Shown here in pieces: positions 21,371 to 29,646 of a stretch of DNA of 62,452 bases; the first letter of the stretch is position 1, and each line of letters begins with the position of its first letter. The stretch comes from Vicinamibacterales bacterium (GTDB taxonomy: Bacteria > Acidobacteriota > Vicinamibacteria > Vicinamibacterales > UBA2999), in NCBI GenBank assembly GCA_036742665.1, contig DAINQP010000006.1:1-62452 (forward strand). Direction: 5' to 3'. The position numbers and the translations under genes are program-made. Under the pieces are notes generated by a model, which did no database searches, was not told the DNA's origin, and was given only the letters and a program-made list of their open reading frames with translations.

Positions 21371-22317
21371 ACGCCGGCCGGCGCGGTCACGTTCAGCGCC
21401 TGACGCATGGCGGCAGCCGATTCCTTGATCGCGTCGCGGCCCGCATCCAAAATACCGGCCAGGCTGACAAACGGGTGGATCATGCCCTCATACCGCTTGA
21501 GCACGACCGCCACGCCGGCGTTTCGCAGCTGCTCGGCGTACGCCTCGCCCTGATCGCGCAGCGGATCGCATTCACCGGTGATGATCATCGCGGGCGGAAG
21601 GTGCCGAACGTCTGAGGCTCTCAACGGCGAGGCGTACGGAAGATGGCGGTCAGCCTCGGTGGCGAAATACTGATTGGCGAACCAGTCCATCAACTCGGTA
21701 TCGAGGAAATAGCCCTGACCGTACTCGCGCTGCGACTCGGTCGCGTGCTCGGTAAAGTCGGTTACCGGATAGATGAGTAGCTGGAACTTCAGCGCCGGGC
21801 CTCCCCGGTCACGCGCCATCATGGCGACGACGGTTGCGAGGTTTCCGCCCGCGCTGTCACCGGCGACGGCGATGCGGCTCGGGTCGATCCCGAACTCGCC
21901 GGCGTGCTCGGCGACGTAACGCGTCGCGCTGTAAGCGTCCTCGGCCGCTGCGGGAAACTTGTGCTCGGGCGCAAGCCGATAGTCCACCGATACCACCACG
22001 CAGCCTGACGCGTTGGCGAGACTACGGCATGCGCGGTCGTGCGTGTCGAGATTGCAGATCACGAAGCCACCGCCGTGAAAGAACATGAGTACCGGCAGGT
22101 CCATCGCGAGGGACGGGCGATACACGCGCACGGGAATCTGCACGGGCCCGGGGATGACGCGGGTCTCGACCTGCGCCACCGGTTCTTCAGGTCCGCCGAG
22201 CTCGATCAACTGATACGGCACCTTGCGTGCCTCGTCCAGCGGAACCTCGTTCAGCCCGGGACCGCCGGCGGCCGCCAGCATGTCGAGAAAGCCTTTGCAT
22301 TGTGGATGGAGTGCCAT
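21367..22317 (-). CDS. Alpha/beta hydrolase, HSL-family esterase
   Basis: HGGGF oxyanion loop, GDSAGG nucleophile elbow, DPLRD, HPF. Confidence 0.93.
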   Translation of the reverse strand: MALHPQCKGFLDMLAAAGGPGLNEVPLDEARKVPYQLIELGGPEEPVAQVETRVIPGPVQIPVRVYRPSLAMDLPVLMFFHGGGFVICNLDTHDRACRSLANASGCVVVSVDYRLAPEHKFPAAAEDAYSATRYVAEHAGEFGIDPSRIAVAGDSAGGNLATVVAMMARDRGGPALKFQLLIYPVTDFTEHATESQREYGQGYFLDTELMDWFANQYFATEADRHLPYASPLRASDVRHLPPAMIITGECDPLRDQGEAYAEQLRNAGVAVVLKRYEGMIHPFVSLAGILDAGRDAIKESAAAMRQALNVTAPAGV

Positions 22318-22362
22318 GTTCTTCCTTATACACCCAGATGGACCTGAATATGATCTGAAGCC

Positions 22363-23619
22363 ATGACCTATTCGCGATCCTTCGACTCGCTTCGGTCGCT
22401 AAGGGCTCCGGCATGGACCGCTGTGGTGGTGGCAGTGCTGGCCACGTCGATGTCGGCACAGGATTGGCCGCAGTGGCGAGGACCGGCCCGCGACGGTGCC
22501 ATCACCTCGTTTCGCGAGCCAGCGACGTGGCCCAAGACCCTGAAGAAGCGCTGGCAGGTTGAGGTCGGCGCCGGCTACGCTGTCCCGCTCGTCGTCGGCG
22601 ATCGCATCTACGTGTTCACGCGCCAGAACGAAGACGAGGTAATGACCGCACTCGATCCGCGGTCTGGGCAAACGATCTGGAGAACCAGCTATCCCGCGCC
22701 GTTCACGATGAATCCGGCCGCCGCGCCCCACGGACCAGGCCCGAAGGCCACCCCGACGTTCGCCGACAACCGCATCTTCACATTGGGGATGAGCGGCAAA
22801 GTCACCGCCTTCGACGCGGCGACCGGGAAACAACTCTGGCAGAAGCCGTCACCGCCGGTTGAACCGCTCTACCACACGGCGATGTCGCCACTCGTGGACG
22901 GCAACAACGTTATCGTGCACGTCGGTGGTCATGACAACGGCGCGCTCACCGCGTTCGACGTCACCACTGGCGACGTGCGTTGGAGCTGGAACGGCGATGG
23001 CCCCGCTTACGGCTCTCCCCTGCTGTTCAACCTCTCGGGCACGCGTCAGGTCGTGACATTCACCCAGAAGTATTTCGTCGGGGTCTCCGCGGCCACCGGC
23101 CAACTCCTCTGGCAGCGCCCGTATACCACGCCGTCCACGACTACGTCGCAGACGCCGATCCTGCACAAGAACATGATCATTGAGATGGGCCGCGGCAACG
23201 GCGTGACGGCCTTCGTCGCCGCCCCGCGCGATGGCAAGTGGATGACCGAGAACATCTGGCACACCGACGAAGTCTCGATGCACTTGAGCGACGCCGTGGT
23301 CGTCAACGGTGTGTTGTACGGGTTGTCACATCTCAACAGTGGCGAATACTTCGCGCTCGATCTCGAGACCGGCAAGGTGCTGTGGAAGAGCGAACCGAGG
23401 CAGGCGGCGCACGCGGCGATCGTCCGGGCCGGCAATGCGATCTTCTCGCTCGAAGACGATGGCGAACTGCTCGTGCTGAGGCACAATCGCACGCGCTTCG
23501 AACCGATCATCCGTTATCCGGCACTCGCGACGACTGCGACCTGGACGCAGCCTGTCATATCGGGAAATCGGATCTTCATCAAGGACGTGTCGTCGTTGAC
23601 GCTGTGGACGACCGATTGA
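22363..23619 (+). CDS. Exported PQQ-like beta-propeller repeat protein
   Basis: DWPQWRGPARDG after the signal peptide; repeated W-containing blades (GQTIW, GKQLW, GDVRW, GQLLW, GKVLW). Confidence 0.88.
   Translation: MTYSRSFDSLRSLRAPAWTAVVVAVLATSMSAQDWPQWRGPARDGAITSFREPATWPKTLKKRWQVEVGAGYAVPLVVGDRIYVFTRQNEDEVMTALDPRSGQTIWRTSYPAPFTMNPAAAPHGPGPKATPTFADNRIFTLGMSGKVTAFDAATGKQLWQKPSPPVEPLYHTAMSPLVDGNNVIVHVGGHDNGALTAFDVTTGDVRWSWNGDGPAYGSPLLFNLSGTRQVVTFTQKYFVGVSAATGQLLWQRPYTTPSTTTSQTPILHKNMIIEMGRGNGVTAFVAAPRDGKWMTENIWHTDEVSMHLSDAVVVNGVLYGLSHLNSGEYFALDLETGKVLWKSEPRQAAHAAIVRAGNAIFSLEDDGELLVLRHNRTRFEPIIRYPALATTATWTQPVISGNRIFIKDVSSLTLWTTD
22378..22405. repeat. REP-like element (CCTTCGACTCGC...GCT.AGG type) within the 5' coding end
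   Basis: tccttcgactcgcttcggtcgctaaggg encodes SFDSLRSLR; recognised from memory of similar repeats, only one copy in the window. Confidence 0.45.
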
Positions 23620-23708
23620 TCTTAGTTTCGACAACGACGGCTCAATGCGGAGGCGCAGAGCACGCGGAGGCCACGGAGGCCGTTACTTCCGAGCACTCCG
23701 TTAACGCT

Positions 23709-24131
23709 TTACGCTAGTTCTTCCGCGGGCGGCGCCAGCGCATTGAAGCGAAAGCTGCCTGAGTCGCGCGCGATGCCGTCACACTCCGCCCACGCGTGAG
23801 CGTCGATGGCAATGCCACTCTTCGCCACACCGAAGCACACGCGCGAGGGTACTCTGCGGCGCTCGAGCAATCCGTACAGCACAACACTCCGACGCAGGCA
23901 GGTTGCTGGAAACGGCAGGACGTCGTACGCGACTGCCACGTACCTATACAGTCGCTGGTACTCGCCAATGGAACCCGTGGTATGGGGTGAGCACGTCAAT
24001 CGCTCGAGCAGTCGCGAGAACGGCATGAATCTGAGTTGGATTTCGACGCAGATGGCGAGCGCGACGGTTTCGAGCGCAGTCGCGTAATCCGACGTGCGCA
24101 TGCGGCGAACGCGGCCGAACCAGAAGCGCAT
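23709..24131 (-). CDS. Lasso peptide B2-like cysteine peptidase (transglutaminase-like fold)
   Basis: TCLRRS..L, FGV, AHAWAECDG give a Cys-His-Asp/Glu triad in 140 aa. Confidence 0.88.
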   Translation of the reverse strand: MRFWFGRVRRMRTSDYATALETVALAICVEIQLRFMPFSRLLERLTCSPHTTGSIGEYQRLYRYVAVAYDVLPFPATCLRRSVVLYGLLERRRVPSRVCFGVAKSGIAIDAHAWAECDGIARDSGSFRFNALAPPAEELA

Positions 24132-24423
24132 AGGTCACGCCTGGTGTGTTCGCGGAGTGCCACGATGCCCCGGTCGCGCAGCTCACCAACGAGGCACGTC
24201 AGGTCGGCGCGTAGCACGTCAGGCGCGACGGCGTATTCCTCGATCATCGTGTCGCAGACGCTGGCGATCGTACGGCCCTGCATGATCAACCGCCACACAC
24301 GGCTGCCGACGGCATCGAGGCCGTAGTACACGCCCGATTCGAGATTGAGGAGGACAGTTTCGCCGGAGAGCTCGCGACAGATGACCGAAGGATGGACTTG
24401 AAAATGATCGGTCGAACCGACAT
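23996..24423 (-). CDS. PqqD-family RiPP recognition element (B1-like); start codon missing in frame, possibly frameshifted
   Basis: FQVHPSVICRELSGETVLLNLESGVYYGLDAVGSRVWRLI...EEYAV....LRADL..LVGELRDRGIV. The nearest ATG (24423) is in another frame, and the ORF overruns B2 by 136 nt. Confidence 0.75.
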
Positions 24424-24442
24424 CCCTGCGGATGTCACGGTA

Positions 24443-26260
24443 TCACGGAACGGACGTAACGCTTCTGACGAAGGCGTTCTCGAGCTCGGTCAGCGCTCTC
24501 AATTTGGCACGCGCTTCATCTGCCTCGCCAGCCGTCTTGAACGGTCCAACGCGCACGAGGTACAGGAGACCGCGTGACGCTTCAGTGGGAACCTCGAATG
24601 CCGGGAATCCCGACTGTGTCAGCTGCTGCACCAGGGATTGTGATCGATCGTGACTCGAGAAAGCGGCGACCTGCACCACCCATGTATCCGATGAGGCAGG
24701 TGTGGCGGCAACTGGCGCGATCGCCGCTTGCACTACGCTGGTCGCGTTTGTCACTGGGATTCCGGGTGCCGCTGGTGCGGTCGCTGGTGCTTGCGGCGGT
24801 GTTGCTGCTTGCGCGGACGCTGACGCTGGTGCGGGCAATGGACGCGAGCGCTGCGCCGTCACGGCAATGCCTCCGGCGACCAGAACGACGGCCATACCCA
24901 CGAGAGCAAGGCCCGCCGTCTTCAACCAGGCAAAGCGCCCTTCACGCCGTACTTCACGATCCACTCGCCACTTCCAGAGCGGCGCAGTTGACGCTCCTTC
25001 ACCGACCGGAGCAGGCGCGGTCTCCCACTCACGCTTCGGCAAGGTGGCGGGAATGTCGAGGAGCGCATGGAGTTCGGACGCCGTTTCTGAAGCCTCAGGC
25101 GTGCGGCGCCGATCGAACAGACCGGTACGATTTGTCGCGGCCGCTGACGCCGGTGCAGAGGCTACGGATGCAGGCGGCGAGAACGACGGTGCAGGTACAG
25201 AGAACGGCGGCACGGGCGCAGGAGCCACCAGTACCGACGGCGGCGCGGAGACAGCCACCGGCGTCGGCTCAGACGCGATCGGCCGAATCGGAATTCGCTC
25301 GACCACCTGGCCGCCCATGGAAATCTGTCCGGACACGATTTGCAGTTCGTCGATCGCTTCAGAGACGAGCGGCGGACCAATCACCGAGACACGCTCTGTC
25401 CGGGCGTGCGACATCGCGCGATCGCAAACGAGGTTGACGAGCCGGGGCACACCATTCGACGCCGCATGGATCAAATCGATCGCCGCCGATGCAAAGGCGA
25501 TGCGCTCCTTGGTGCCGCCAACGGTCGCAAGACGATGCGCGACATATCCAGCGAGATCATCCCGAGTCAACGGTCGCAGCTCGCACCGCATCGTGACGCG
25601 CTGATCGATCTGGCGCATCTGGAATTGCTTCAGCCGCGTCTGCAGTTCGGGCTGGCCAACCAGGACAATCTGCAGCAAACGGCGTCCCCCTTCAAGCTCG
25701 GACAGTGCGCGGATCTCCTCGAGGAGTGGCTGCGCGAGATGCTGCGCCTCGTCGATGACGAGTACCGCGAACGCATCCACCGACTCCAACGAGGTCAGGA
25801 ACTCGAAAAGCTGATAGCTCAGATCCGGCCGCGACGCGGTCGCGAGTCGCCCGCGGCGCAGGTCGTCCACCGAGACCTCGCCGAAATCCACGAGCAGCAT
25901 CCGCAGCAGGTCTTCACGCGACAGCTGCGGATCGGGGACGAAGGTCGTGAAGGTCTTGCGATCGAGCTGATAGAGCGCAGCACGACACAGCGTGGTCTTC
26001 CCGGTCCCCATCTCGCCGGTGAGGACGATGATGCCCTCGCGGCGCCGAATGGCGGAGAGCAGGTCGTTGAGCACGCCGCTGTGGGCCGGGCTCTTATACA
26101 AAGAGCGCGGATCCGTGGAGAGACTGAACGGCTTGGCCTTGAGGCCGTAAAACGGCTCGTACGTCAGGGCGCCGGAGGTGGCAGCGGTCTGCGGACCGTC
26201 CTCGATGCCGGCATCCGAGGCGAGCACGTTGTCCGGGCTATAGCCCTTCCACTGGCTCAT
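24443..26260 (-). CDS. ExeA/GspA-like AAA+ ATPase with Pro/Ala linker and C-terminal SPOR domain
   Basis: YEPFYGLKAKPFS, Walker A GEMGTGKT, VIDEAQ, LVGQPEL, GVPRLVN; C-terminal WVVQVAAFS...YLVRVGPF; start uncertain (26260 or 26344). Confidence 0.9.
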   Translation of the reverse strand: MSQWKGYSPDNVLASDAGIEDGPQTAATSGALTYEPFYGLKAKPFSLSTDPRSLYKSPAHSGVLNDLLSAIRRREGIIVLTGEMGTGKTTLCRAALYQLDRKTFTTFVPDPQLSREDLLRMLLVDFGEVSVDDLRRGRLATASRPDLSYQLFEFLTSLESVDAFAVLVIDEAQHLAQPLLEEIRALSELEGGRRLLQIVLVGQPELQTRLKQFQMRQIDQRVTMRCELRPLTRDDLAGYVAHRLATVGGTKERIAFASAAIDLIHAASNGVPRLVNLVCDRAMSHARTERVSVIGPPLVSEAIDELQIVSGQISMGGQVVERIPIRPIASEPTPVAVSAPPSVLVAPAPVPPFSVPAPSFSPPASVASAPASAAATNRTGLFDRRRTPEASETASELHALLDIPATLPKREWETAPAPVGEGASTAPLWKWRVDREVRREGRFAWLKTAGLALVGMAVVLVAGGIAVTAQRSRPLPAPASASAQAATPPQAPATAPAAPGIPVTNATSVVQAAIAPVAATPASSDTWVVQVAAFSSHDRSQSLVQQLTQSGFPAFEVPTEASRGLLYLVRVGPFKTAGEADEARAKLRALTELENAFVRSVTSVP

Positions 26261-26382
26261 GTCGTACGCATCTATCGGCGCACGCGGTCTGCCATGACAG
26301 CCCACCGCCGGCCATTCGCGGCATTTACGGCCGGATCTCTGCATTCGTGCGCAACTGTGCGTGCCGGGGTGCGCCCTACACG

Positions 26383-26433
26383 CCGGCTGAAGCCGGACAT
26401 TACTCGTCGGGTCCGGGTCAAGCCGGACACTAC
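26383..26433. repeat. Two tandem GTAG-type REP palindromes (minus orientation)
   Basis: ccggctgaagccggacattac and gtccgggtcaagccggacactac, reverse complements of the 12350 element. Confidence 0.75.
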
Positions 26434-26458
26434 TTGGGTGCGAATGGGACCGACGTGG

Positions 26459-27145
26459 TCAGTTTTTGATGCAGGTAACCAGCGACCAGATTGGCGGGAA
26501 GCTGACTTTTTCGATGGAGATGGGTGTGAGCTCTGATTGCGCGAGGAATCCGGGAAGGTCGAGATCGGCTTTGAAGCCGATGTGAACGGTGAACGGCGAA
26601 ATCGCCTGCTCGACACGCGCAACGACCGGCGTCCGGCTCCTGAAGTGATTCAGGATCACGATCTTTCCACCAGGCCGGCAGACACGACGCATCTCGTTCA
26701 CGACGCGGACGGGATCGGACACCACGCTGATCACGTAGGGCGCGTAGACGATGTCGAAGGAGTCGTTGGCGAAGGTGAGATTCGCCGCATCCATCTCCTG
26801 CAGACGCACGTTCGTGACGCCCTTCTTGACCACACGCTCGTGAGCCTTCTCGAGCATGAGGGCGGAGAAATCGATCCCAGTGACGTGGCAGTGTTCTGGA
26901 TAGAGCGAAACGTTGATGCCGGTGCCGACGCCGACCTCGAGGATCTTGTCGCCGGGCTTGATGTCCATGCGCTCCAGCGCGATGAGACGTCCCGGATGGA
27001 GCGTAGGACCGAAGGTCAGGTCGTAAACCTTGGCGATCTTGTCGTAGACGCGTTCAACGAAATCGTTTTCAACTGCGGTAACCGACAGCGCCCGTGACGC
27101 CGCGTCGGACCCGACAGTAGTGTCTTCTGGCTCGAACAGCGCCAT
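26459..27145 (-). CDS. Class I SAM methyltransferase, PmtA-like phospholipid N-methyltransferase
   Basis: VYD..AKVYDLTFG, ILEVGVGTG, MDA.NLTF, YVISVVSDP, VCRPGG.IVILNHF. Confidence 0.75.
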   Translation of the reverse strand: MALFEPEDTTVGSDAASRALSVTAVENDFVERVYDKIAKVYDLTFGPTLHPGRLIALERMDIKPGDKILEVGVGTGINVSLYPEHCHVTGIDFSALMLEKAHERVVKKGVTNVRLQEMDAANLTFANDSFDIVYAPYVISVVSDPVRVVNEMRRVCRPGGKIVILNHFRSRTPVVARVEQAISPFTVHIGFKADLDLPGFLAQSELTPISIEKVSFPPIWSLVTCIKN

Positions 27146-27255
27146 TCGCGGGCTCCATCTCCGGTCAGGACGTTCAATAGGTCCTGCCCTTAAGCTGTTG
27201 ACAGACTCGACCTTCGGCTACACACGCGATTCGCCCGCGCGCAGCGCCGTTCGGC

Positions 27256-27284
27256 ACTATACAAGCCCCGGCGGGTCGGAACAA
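27256..27284 (-). promoter_or_regulatory. Putative sigma70 promoter for the PmtA-like gene
   Basis: Minus strand TTGTTC-N17-TATAGT. Confidence 0.4.
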
Positions 27285-27314
27285 GCTCTGTTTACACGAC
27301 CGTTCATAGACATT

Positions 27315-29132
27315 TCACTCCAGCACGTCGAGCGCGCGGTCGATCCGGCCCGGCAAAGCGGTCACCAGAACACCCTGCACGCGCTCCTTCAGGGCCGAGC
27401 AGAGGTTTCGCGCAATAGCGATTCCTTCCGCAGTGGCGGCCTCGGGGCTCTTGGCGCGGCGCATGCGATCGAGTACTTCATCGGGAATGTGCGATCCCGG
27501 CATTTCGTTGGCCATCCATTCGGCATCGAGCACACTGTCGAGCGGCCGCACCCCGAGAAGCACGGGAAGCTTCGCCTCGTCGAGGCGCTTCTCCACCCGA
27601 TCGAACGATCGCGGATCGAAGATGGGCCGGGTGACTACGAAGTCAGCTCCAGCCTCGAGCTTGTACTCGAAGCGCCGCATTTCACGATCGAGATCTTCAG
27701 CGCCGGGATTCACGGTCACGCCAATGTGGAACGCAGTCGGCTGGCCGATCGCGTGTCCGCCGACGTCGGTGCCGTGATTGAACCGCGACACGGCATTGAG
27801 CAGACCGATCGAATCAACATCGACGACGGCGGTCGCATCGGAATAATCGCCGACCAGCGGCACATCGCCGGTGACCAGGACGATGTTGCGAACGCCCATC
27901 GCGTGCGCGCCAAGCAGATCAGATTGCAAGTCGAGCAGACTTCGATCGCGGGCTGAGCATTGCAGCACGGTTTCGATGCCCGTCCGCTGCTGTATCAGAA
28001 CGGCCAGCGACAACGCACTCAGCCGCGGCCCCGTCTGCCCATCGGGAATGAGCACGGCATCGACGCCCTTCACCCGCACGGCGCGGGCCTGCTCGATCGC
28101 CTCTTCGCTCAGGTGCCCACGCGGCGGTACCAGTTCCACGACCGTGACCCAGCGGCGGCGCGCCAGCGCATTCGCCAGAAAGGACTTCTCTGCGCGTGCG
28201 ACGGGCGTCACGACGGGTGCAGTGTGCACGGGTGCCGTCGGACGAGCCGGTGTTTTCAACGCCGACCCGCTGGTGATGGCCGCCTTGATCTGCGTGATGT
28301 GCTCGGGCGTCGTGCCGCAGCAGCCTCCGACCAGGCGTACGCGCGCGGCCGTGAATCGCCGTGCGTAGGAGGCCATGTATTCCGGTGAGGTGAGATACAG
28401 CGTGCGGCCTTCGATGTCGCGCGGGCGTCCGGCATTCGGCTGCGCGGACAACCGTGCCGACGTGAGTGCCGCCATGCGCTCCAGTGTTTCGAGCATGTGC
28501 GCCGGCCCAATGCTGCAATTGATGCCGATGACATCAGCGCCTGCCGCCTCCAGCGCCGGCACGAACTGCTCGGCGGGCGTACCGTCGAGGCTGTTGCCCT
28601 CGTCTTCGATCGTCATCTGCGCGACGATCGGCAGGGAGCAGATGCTCTTGACCGCGGCGATCGCGGCCACGATCTCGTTGACGTCGCGAAACGTCTCCAA
28701 CATCAGCAGATCGACACCGCCCTCGACCAGCGCCTGCGTCTGCGCTCTGAAGCAAGCTTCGGCTTCGTCCGCGGCCGTCTTGCCCCACGGCTCGATGCGC
28801 AGCCCGAGCGGACCAATCGCCCCTGCGACATACACGTTCTTGCCAGCGGCGTGGCGCGCGAGCTGCGCGCCCGCGCGATTGATGTCGCGCATCTGGTCAT
28901 CCAGACCGAATGACCGGAGCTTGATGCGATTCGCGCCGAAGGTGTTGGTCTCAATGACATCCGCGCCGGCACGCACGTAATCGTCGTGCACGGCGGACAC
29001 GCGGGATGGATCAGTGAGGTTGAGGGCGTCGAAGCAGCGATTGATGAAGACGCCCTGCGCGTAGAGCAGCGTGCCCATCGCACCATCGCAAACGAGCACG
29101 CGCGTGTCGAGGGCGTCGAGAAAGGGCGTCAA
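27315..29132 (-). CDS. yitJ: Bifunctional homocysteine S-methyltransferase / methylenetetrahydrofolate reductase (YitJ-like)
   Basis: DGAMGT, IETNTFGAN, GINCSIGP, GGCCGTTPEH in the N-half; ELVPPRG, RDRS, VTGD, GADFVVTRP in the MetF-like C-half. Confidence 0.92.
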   Translation of the reverse strand: MTPFLDALDTRVLVCDGAMGTLLYAQGVFINRCFDALNLTDPSRVSAVHDDYVRAGADVIETNTFGANRIKLRSFGLDDQMRDINRAGAQLARHAAGKNVYVAGAIGPLGLRIEPWGKTAADEAEACFRAQTQALVEGGVDLLMLETFRDVNEIVAAIAAVKSICSLPIVAQMTIEDEGNSLDGTPAEQFVPALEAAGADVIGINCSIGPAHMLETLERMAALTSARLSAQPNAGRPRDIEGRTLYLTSPEYMASYARRFTAARVRLVGGCCGTTPEHITQIKAAITSGSALKTPARPTAPVHTAPVVTPVARAEKSFLANALARRRWVTVVELVPPRGHLSEEAIEQARAVRVKGVDAVLIPDGQTGPRLSALSLAVLIQQRTGIETVLQCSARDRSLLDLQSDLLGAHAMGVRNIVLVTGDVPLVGDYSDATAVVDVDSIGLLNAVSRFNHGTDVGGHAIGQPTAFHIGVTVNPGAEDLDREMRRFEYKLEAGADFVVTRPIFDPRSFDRVEKRLDEAKLPVLLGVRPLDSVLDAEWMANEMPGSHIPDEVLDRMRRAKSPEAATAEGIAIARNLCSALKERVQGVLVTALPGRIDRALDVLE

Positions 29133-29569
29133 TTCGCGGGCGGCTGTGCTCCAGCAGGCGGCGCGACGAGCAGGTCAGCCTTGTCCCAGATGAAGTCGTC
29201 TTTGCTGTAGACGGCGAGCTCGTAGTCCTTGCCCATGAAGATCGCCGACACCGGACAGGCTTCCTCGCACATGCCGCAGAAGATGCAGCGCGTCTTGTGA
29301 ATCTGATAGATGCTCGCGTAGCGGGGACCGGCCATCACCGTGCCGTCGTTCTCTGCGGCCTCCAGATAGATCGCGTCCGCCGGACAGGCAACCGAGCACA
29401 GGCCGCAGGCGACGCACTTCTCGAGGCCGTTCTCGTCGCGCATCAGGACCTGCTTGCCGCGATACTTCGGGAACACCGGGACTTTCTGATACGGATAATT
29501 GACCGTCACCGGCTTCTTGAACATGTGCCGGAACGTGGTGGCGAAGCCCTTGATTAGCGGACCGATCAT
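29129..29569 (-). CDS. nuoI: NADH-quinone oxidoreductase subunit I (2x[4Fe-4S]), orphan
   Basis: VTVNYP, YRGK.VLMRDENGLEKCVACGLCSVACP, CIFCGMCEEACP. Confidence 0.92.
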   Translation of the reverse strand: MIGPLIKGFATTFRHMFKKPVTVNYPYQKVPVFPKYRGKQVLMRDENGLEKCVACGLCSVACPADAIYLEAAENDGTVMAGPRYASIYQIHKTRCIFCGMCEEACPVSAIFMGKDYELAVYSKDDFIWDKADLLVAPPAGAQPPAN

Positions 29570-29591
29570 ATTGGCTTGATCATATCAACTC

Positions 29592-29628
29592 CCACCTGCC
29601 ACGAACCATTAACCACCAACCACCAACC
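29592..29628. repeat. Degenerate heptamer repeat (CCACCAA type) between divergent genes
   Basis: ccacctgccacgaaccattaaccaccaaccaccaacc. Confidence 0.65.
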
Positions 29629-29646
29629 GACGGGTACAATGCCCGT

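Noticed and set aside
23640-23700. cggagg-rich tract between the propeller and B2 genes as a defined element
   Set aside because: It looks repeat-like, but there is only one copy and no clean stem, so I cannot support a call
23620-26460. Lasso peptide precursor near the RRE/B2 pair
   Set aside because: I found no short ORF with a leader/core pattern in the adjacent spacers; they are short and filled by repeats
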